From assembly GCF_902713615.1 (NCBI RefSeq), contig NC_052158.1, forward strand, positions 32,343,990-32,407,989: a stretch of DNA of 64,000 bases. The letters are read 5' to 3'. Shown here one piece after another: positions 24,401-33,400 of this stretch (positions within the stretch are counted from its first letter, which is position 1; each line of letters opens with the position of its first letter). This stretch comes from Scyliorhinus canicula. Lineage: Eukaryota. The translations under genes and the position numbers were made by a program. The notes under the pieces are model-generated. The model was not told the origin of the DNA and did no database searches. It worked only from the letters and a program-made list of their open reading frames with translations.

Positions 24401-27400
24401 TCACCAACTCACAACCCCCCCCCTCACTCAACGACTCTCAGATCCCCCCTCACTCACCGGCTCTCAGTCCCCCCTCACTCACCGACTCTCAATCCCCCCT
24501 CACTCACCGACTCTCAGTCCCTACCCTCACTCACCGACTCTCAGTCCCTCCCTCACTCACCGACTCTCAGTCCCCCCTCACTCACCGACTCTCAGTCCCC
24601 CCCTCACTCACCGACTCTCAGTCCCTCCCTCACTCACCGACTCTCAGTCCCCCCTCACTCACCGACTCTCAGTCCCCCCTCACTCACCGACTCTCAGTCC
24701 CCCCCTCACTCACCGACTCTCAGTCCCCCCCTCACTCACCGACTCTCAGTCCCCCCTCACTCACCGACTCTCAGTCCCCCCCCTCACTCACCGACTCTCA
24801 GGTCCCCCCTCACTCACCGACTCTCAGTCCCCCCCCTCACTCACCGACTCTCAGTCCACCCTCACTCACCGACTCTCAGTCCCCCCTCACTCACCGACTC
24901 TCAGTCCCTCCCTCACTCACCGACTCTCAGTCCCCCCCCACTCACCGACTCTCAGTCCCCCCCTCACTCACCGACTCTCAGTCCCCCCTCACTCACCGAC
25001 TCTCACTCCCCCCCCTCACTCACTGACTCAGTCCCCCCCTCACTCACCGACTCTCAGTCCCCCCCTCACTCACCGACTCTCAGTCCCCCCCTCACTCACC
25101 GACTCTCAGTCCCCCCCTCACACACCGACTCTCAGTCCCCCCCCTCACTCACCGACTCTCAGTCCCCCCCCTCACTCACCGACTCTCAGTCCCCCCCTCA
25201 CACACCGACTCTCAGTCTCCCCCCTCACTCACCGACTCTCAGTCACCCCCTCACTGACTCTCAGTCCCCCCCTCACGCACTGACTCTCAGGCCCCCCCTC
25301 ACTGACTCTCAGTCCCCCCCTCACTCACTGACTCTCAGTCCACCCCTCACTCACCGACTCTCAGTCCCTCCCTCACTCACCGATCTCAGTCCCCCCCTCA
25401 CTCACCGACTCTCAGTCCCCCCTCACACCGACTCTCAGGCCCCCCTCACTCACCGACTCTCAGTCCCCCCCCTCACTCACTGACTCTCAGTCCCCCCCCT
25501 CACTCACTGACTCTCAGACCCCCCCTCACTCACCGACTCTCAGTCCCCCCTCACTCACCGACTCTCAGTCCCCCCCCTCACTCACCGACTCTCAGTCCCC
25601 CCCTCACTCACCGACTCTCAGTCCCTCCCTCACTCACCGACTCTCAGACCCCCCTCACACGCCGACTCTCAGTCCCCCACTCACTCACCGATTCTAAGTC
25701 CCCTCCTCAGTCACCGTCTCTCAGCCCCCAACACTCAACGACTCACAGACCCCTCCTCACTCACCGGCTCTCAGTCCCCCCTCACTCACCGACTCTCAAT
25801 CCCCCCTCACTCACCGACTCTCAGTCCCCCCCACTCACCGACTCTCAGTCCCCCCTCACTCACCGATTCTCAGTTCCCCCCTCACTCACCGACTCTCAGA
25901 CCCCCTCCTCACTCACCGTCTCTCAGTCCCCCCTCGCTCAGTGACTCTCAGTCCCCCCCTCACTCACCGACTCCTCCCCCTCTCATCGACTCAGTCCCCC
26001 CTCACTCACCGACTCTCAGTCCTCCCTCACTCACCAATTCTCAGTCCCCTCCCTCACTCACCGACTCTCAGTCCACCCCCTCACTCGCCGACTCTCAGTC
26101 CCCCCCCCTCACTCACCGACTCTCAGTTCCCCCCTCACTCACCGACTCTCAGTCCCCCCCTCACTCACCGACTGAGTCCCCCCCCCTCACACGCCGACTC
26201 TCAGTCCCCCACTCACTCACCGACTCTTAGTCCCTCCCTCACTCACCGATTCTCAGTCCCCCCCTCATTCACCGACTCTCAGTCCCCCCCCCTCACTCAA
26301 CGACTCTCAGACCCCCCCCCACTCACCGACTCTCAGTCCCCCCCTCACTCACCGCCTCGCAGTCCCCCCCTCACTCACCGACTCTCCGTCCCCCCCTCAC
26401 TCACCGATTCTCAGTCCCCCCTCACTCACCGATTCTCAGTCTCCCCCCCCTAACTCACCGACTCTCAGTCCCCCCCTCACTCACCGATTCTCAGCCCCCC
26501 CTCACTCACCGACTCTCAGTTCCCCCCTCACTCACCGAATCTCAGTCCCCCCCTCACTCACCGACTCTCAGCCCCCCTCACTCACCGACTCTCAGTTCCC
26601 CCCTCACTCACCGACTCTCAGACCCCCCCCCCCACTCACCGACTCTCAGTCCCCCCTCACTCACCGACTCTCAGTCCCCCCCTCACTCACCGACTCAGTT
26701 CCCCACTCGCTCATCGACTCTCAGTCCCCCCCTCACTCACCGACTCTCAGTCCCCCCTCACTCACCGACTCTCAGTCCCCCCCTCACTCACCGACTCTCA
26801 CTCCCCCTCACACCGACTCTCAGTCCCCTCCTCTCTCACCGACTCTCAGTCCCCCCCTCACTCACCGACTCTCAGTCCCGTCCCCTCACTCACCGACTCT
26901 CAGTGCCCACTCACTCACCGCCTCTCAGCCCCTCCCTCACTCACCGACTCAGTCCCACCCTCACTCACCGACTCTCAGTCCCCCCCTCACTCACCCGACT
27001 CTCCGTCCCCCCTCACTCACCGATTCTCAGTCCCCCCCTCACTCACCGATTCTCAGTCCCCCCCTCACTCACCGATTCTCAGTCTCCCCCCCCCCTAACT
27101 CACCGACTCTCAGTCCCCCCTCACTCACCGACTCTCAGCCCCCCCCTCACTCATCGACTCTCAGTCCCCCCCTCACTCATCGACTCTCAGTCCCCCCCCC
27201 TCATTCACCGACTCTCAGTCCCCCCCCTCACTCACCGACCCTCACTCCCCCTCACTCACCGACTCACAACCCCCCCCCTCACTCAACGACTCTCAATCCC
27301 CCCTCACTCCGACTCTCAGTCCCACCCTCACTCACCGACTCTCAGAACCCCCCTCACTCACCGACTCTCAGTCCCCCTCCTCACTCACCGACTCTCAGAA

Positions 27401-30400
27401 CCCCCCTCACTCACCGACTCTCAGTCCCCCTCCTCACTCACCGACTCTCAGTCCCCCCCTCACTCACCGACTCTCAGTCATCCCCCTCACTCACCGACTC
27501 TCAGTCCCCCCCTCACTCACCGACTCTCAGACCCCCCCTCACTCACCGACTCTCAGTCCCCCCCTCACTCACCGACTCTCAGTCCCCCCCTCACTCACCG
27601 ACTCTCAGTCCCCCCTCACTCACCGACTCTCAGTCCCCCCTCACTCACCGACTCTCAGTCCCCCCCTCACTCACCGACTCTCAGTCCCTCCCTCACTCAC
27701 CGACTCTCAGTCCCCCCTCACTCACCGACTCTCAGTCCCCCCCCTCACTCACCGACTCTCAGTCCCCCCTCACTCACCGACTCTCAGTCCCCCCCTCACT
27801 CACCGACTCTCAGTCCCCCCTCACTCACCGACTCTGTCCCCCCCTCACTCACCGACTCTCAGTCCCCCCCTCACTCACTGACTCTCAGTCCCCCCCTCAC
27901 TCACCGACTCTCAGTCCCCCCCTCACTCACCGACTCTCAGTCCCCCCCTCACTCACCGACTCTCAGTCCCCCCCTCACTCACTGACTCTCAGTCCCCCCC
28001 TCACTCACTGACTCTCAGACCCCCCCTCACTCACCGACTCTCAGTTCCCCCCCCCACTCACCGACTCTCAGTCCCCCCCTCACTCACCGACTCTCAGTCC
28101 CCCCCTCACACGCCGACTCTCAGTCCCCCACTCACTCACCAATTCTCAGTCCCCCCCTCACTCACTGACTCAGTCCCCCCCCTCACTCATCGACTCTGTG
28201 CCCCCCTCACACACCGACTCTCAGTCCCTCCCTCACTCACTGACATTCCCCCCCTCACTCATCGCCTCTCAGTCCCCCCCTCACTCACCGACTGAGCCCC
28301 CCCTCACTCACCGACTTTCAGGCCCCCCCCTCACTCACCGACTCTCAGTCCCCCCCCTCACTCACCGACTCTCAGTCCCCCCTCACTCCGACTCTCAGTC
28401 CCCTCCTCTCTCACCGACTCTCAGTCCCCGCCTCACTCACCGATTCTCAGTCCCCCCCCTCACTCAGCGACTCCCCCTCTCATCGACTCAGTCCCCCCTC
28501 ACTCACCGACTCTCAGTCCTCCCTCACTCACCAATTCTCAGTCCCCCCCCCTCACTCACCGACTCTCAGTCCTCCCCCTCACTCGCCGACTCTCAGTCCC
28601 CCCCCTCACTCACCGATTCTCAGTCCCCCCCTCACTCACCGATTCTCAGTCCCCCCCTCATTCACCGACTCTCAGTCCCCCCTTCACTCAAAGACTCTCA
28701 GCCCCCCCCCCACTCACCGACTCTCAGTCCCCCCTCACTCACTGACTCAGTCCCCCCCCTCACTCATCTACTCTGTGCCCCCCTCAATCACCGACTCTCA
28801 GTCCCCCCCTCACTCACTGACTCAGTCCCCCTCCTCACTCATCGACTCTGTGCCCCCCTCACTCACCGACTCTCAGTCCCCCCCTCACTCACTGACTCAG
28901 TCCCCCCCCCTCACTCATCGACTCTGTGCCCCCCTCACTCACCGACTCTCAGTCCCCCCCTCACTCACTGACTCAGTCCCCCCCTCACTCATCGACTCTG
29001 TGCCCCCCTCACACACCGACTCTCAGTCCCTCCCTCACTCACTGACATTTCCCCCCCTCACTCATCGCCTCTCAGTCCCCCCCTCACTCACCGACTGAGC
29101 CCCCCCTCACTCACCGACTCTCAGGCCCCCCCTCACTCACCGACTCTCAGTCCCCCCCTCACTCACCGACTCTCAGTCCCCCCTCACTCCGACTCTCAGT
29201 CCCCTCCTCTCTCACCGACTCTCAGTCCGCCCCCTCACTCACCGATTCTCAGTCCCCCCCTCACTCACTGACTCTCAGACCCCCCCTCACTCACCGACTC
29301 TCAGTTCCCCCCCCCACTCACCGACTCTCAGTCCCCCCCTCACTCACCGACTCTCATTCCCCCCCCTCACACGCCGACTCTCAGTCCCCCCTCACTCACC
29401 GATTCTCAGTCCCCCCCTCAGTCACCGTCTCTCAGCCCCCCCCTCACTCAACGACTCTCAGACCCCTCCTCACTCACCGGCTCTCAGTCCCCCCCTCACT
29501 CACCGACTCTCAGTCCCCCCCTCACTCACCGACTCTCAGTCCCTCCCTCACTCACCGACTCCCAGTCCCCCCCTCACTCACCGACTCTCAGTCCCCCCCT
29601 CACTCACCGACTCTCAGTCCCCCCCTCACTCACCGACTCTCAGTCCCCCCTCACTCACCGACTCTCAGTCCCCCCCTCACTCACCGACTCTCAGTCCCCC
29701 CCTCACTCACCGACTCTCAGTCCCCCCCTCACTCACCGACTCTCAGTCCCCCCTCACTCACCGACTCTCAGTCCCCCCCTCACTCACCGACTCTCATCCC
29801 CCCCTCACTCACCGACTCTCAGTCCCCCCCTCACTCACCGACTCTCAGTCCCCCCCTCACTCACCGACTCTCAGTCCCCCCTCACTCACCGACTCTCAGT
29901 CCCCTCCCTCACTCACCGACTCTCAGTCCCCCCTCACTCACCGACTCTAGTCCCCCCTCACTCACCGACTCTCAGTCCCCCCCTCACTCACCGACTCTCA
30001 GTCCCCCCTCACTCACTGACTCAGTCCCCCCCCTCACTCATCGACTCTGTGCCCCCCTCAATCACCGACTCTCAGTCCCCCCCTCACCCACTGACTCAGT
30101 CCCCCCCCTCACTCATCGACTCTGTGCCCCCCTCACTCACCGACTCTCAGTCCCCCCCTCACTCACTGACTCAGTCCCCCCCCTCACTCATCAACTCTGT
30201 GCCCCCCTCACTCACCGACTCTCAGTCCCCCCCTCACTCACTGACTCAGTCCCCCCCCTCACTCATCGACTCTGTGCCCCCCTCACACACCGACTCTCAG
30301 TCCCTCCCTCACTCACTGACATTCCCCCCCTCACTCATCGCCTCTCAGTCCCCCCCTCACTCACCGACTGAGCCCCCCCTCACTCACCGACTCTCAGGCC

Positions 30401-33400
30401 CCCCCTCACTCACCGACTCTCAGTCCCCCCCCTCACTCACCGACTCTCAGTCCCCCCTCACTCCGACTCTCTGTCCCCTCCTCTCTCACCGACTCTCAGT
30501 CCGCCCCCTCACTCACCGATTCTCAGTCCCACCTCACTCACCGACTCTCAGTCCCCCCTCACTCACCGCCTCTCAGTCCCTCCCTCACTCACCGACTCAG
30601 TCCCCCCCTCACTCACCGACTCTCAGTCCCCCCTCACTCACCGATTCTCAGTCCCCCCTCACTGGACTCTCATTCCCGCCCCCTCAGTCACCGACTCTCG
30701 GTCCCCCCTCACTCACCGACTCTCAGTCCCCCCTCACTCGACTCTCATTCCCGCCCCCTCAGTCACCGACCCTCAGTCCCACCTCACTCACCGACTCTCA
30801 GTTCCTGATGGCCGTACTCCATATATTTCGTCAGCCACTCAAAACACTCTTCCTCCAGGTAATGTTTCCATCCCAAGTTGTTGGCCGTGTTCTGGTCCCA
30901 CTTATTTTTGATGCTCTCTCCCCATGGGACAGGGGTCACCCACACCATGTGCTCCTTGTCGAAGCTGATAAAATCCTGTCCGTCCCATGCCCTCTGGTGG
31001 AACCCACTCCTGGTTCCATCATCGCTCAGGTCACAACCGAACTTCGTTTGGTATGTGTGGATCCCTGTGAATTAGACACAGAGTCCTTGAGTCACGGTGA
31101 CAATGAGATATGACAGCCACTGCACAGACAACCTAAACAGCCTCCCATCCATCATGGCACAGTGCCACAGTGGTTGGCACTGCTGCCTCACAGTTCCAGG
31201 GACACGGGTTCAATTCTGAACTTGGGTGACTGTGTGGAGTTTGCATGTTCTCCTTGTGTGGGTCTGTGTGGGTTTCCTCCAGATGCTGTGGTTTCCTCCC
31301 ACTGTCCAAAGATGTGTAGGTTAGATTAATTTGTCATTCTAAAGTGCCCCTTTGTGTCCAAAGGTGGTTAGGTTACAGTGTTGCGGTGCTAGGGTGAGGG
31401 AGTAGACCTAGGTAAGGTGTTCCTGTCACAGGTGTAAGCAGACTGGATGGCCTGAATGGCCTCATGCTGTACTGTAGGGATTCTATGATCCCAATATCCT
31501 CCCAGCTTCTCCCAATTCCCATCTAGAACCCTCAACTTACACGAAGAGGCCTGATGGTGGGACCGTAAAGACTTACCTCCCGACTGGTTGGACCGGGCCA
31601 TGAGGAATTGAAAATAGACTTTGATGTTCTGCTGCTGATCCATTGCAAGCACAGTCTTCCGTTCCCAGGACTCACGTCCCTCGCTCTGTACCATCCACTG
31701 CTCCCGAGGGATCAGTTCTTTCCGATCGCCGTCATACATAATAAACTGAACACCGTCCACATAACCCACAACCAAAAACTCTGGGAAACCGGGGATCGGA
31801 GTCATAGAAGTGAGGAAATAGCGGAGAGAGTGAGAGTCTGAAATACATAGAGAGAGATATCAGGGCATGAAACCCAAAAACACCAACACCCACACACACA
31901 GACATCTGGGTATGAACACCAAAACACCAACACCCATACAGAGAGACATCAGGGCATGAACCCAAAAACACCAACACCCACACACACAGACATCTGGGTA
32001 TGAACACCAAAGCACCAACACCCATACAGAGAGACATCAGGGCATGAACCCAAAAACACCAACACCAATCTGGGTATGGTGATCATCTTCCAAAATTCTA
32101 TAGGCTCTGGAGCAGTTTGATTGGATTTGTTTATTGTCACGTGTACCGAGGTACAGTGAAAAGTATTGTTCTGCCTGCAGTTCAGACAGATCATTGCATG
32201 CGTGGAAAAAAAAACATCGGACATTAATAAATACACATTTATACAGTTGCTACAGATTGGAGGGTGGCAAATGTAATCACACCATTAAAAAAGAGAGAGA
32301 TAAAAGAAAGGGACAATGACAGACCAGTTAGCCTCACAAAAGTAGTGGGGAAAATGCTTGAGTCTATTATAAAAGACATGATGACAGAACATTTGGAAAG
32401 CATTTACCAATACATAACGCTGGCAAAACTAAAGCCCCAGCGTTATGTATTGGTACGGTACGTGAACTGGCTGAGATAGGAAGCAGAGATTGGGAATAAA
32501 TCGGTCTTTTCTGATTGGCAGCCAGTGACTGGCGACAGCAGGGATCAGCGCTTAGTCTCCAGCTATTCATGATATCAATAAATGACCTGGATGAGGAAAC
32601 CAGATGTAAAATTTTGAAGTTTGCTAATTACACAACACTGGATGGAATTGTGAGTGGTGAGGACAATGCAGGGAGGTATCAAGGTGATTGAGACATGTTG
32701 AGTGAGTGGGCAAACACATGGCAGACACGGAATCTGAGGATACAGGGTAGCCCATGTAGGACTGAGATGAGGAAATATTTCTTCACTCAAAGGGTAGTAA
32801 ACCTGTGGAATTCTCTATCACAGAAGGGTGTGGAGACCAAGTCACTGAATGTATTCAAGAAAGAATGTGATGAATGCAGGAATTACAGATACATTGTATT
32901 ATATGTATTGGTGTAGTAAGGGTTAAAAGCCTGGGTTAATGTGTGCATGACTGCTGCGGTAGTGTTTTTAAAAAAATCCTGGTTTGCAAGACAGCGAGGC
33001 TTTTTGAGAAGCAGAGATGCAATTAAAGCATCATAAAAGCTTGGGCTAATGGATTTTCCTTTGGATTAAGGGAGTTCCCTGTGTTGCATTTATTTTGATA
33101 CCTTTGTGGTCAGCTAGTAAATGATGAACTAATGGGATGAGCCAGATTAGCAGGCATTTTAGCAGAGAAGCAGAGATTGTTCAGTCTGGTGCTGGAAAGC
33201 GAAACAATAAGACGTTTCAGCCAGAGATCCTGGCTCCTTGTCAACTGCAATGGTTACATCTTCAAAGAATTCCAACGGAATTGTCAAGCATGATTTCCCC
33301 TTCATAAATCCATGCTGACTCAGACTGATCCTGCCACTGCTTTCGAAATGTTCTGCTATAAAGTCCTCGATAATGGATTGAAGAATTTTCCCCACGACCG

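Noticed and set aside
21410-30802. Immunoglobulin switch-region analogue targeted by AID
   Set aside because: G-rich and transcribed, but the unit lacks AGCT/WGCW overlapping hotspots. Only the R-loop aspect was kept.
21288-31113. Long Pro/Ser/Thr/His-rich plus-strand ORFs (up to 626 aa)
   Set aside because: They are translations of the 27-bp array. The non-repetitive tail of 30049-31113 is the antisense of the alpha2 exon.
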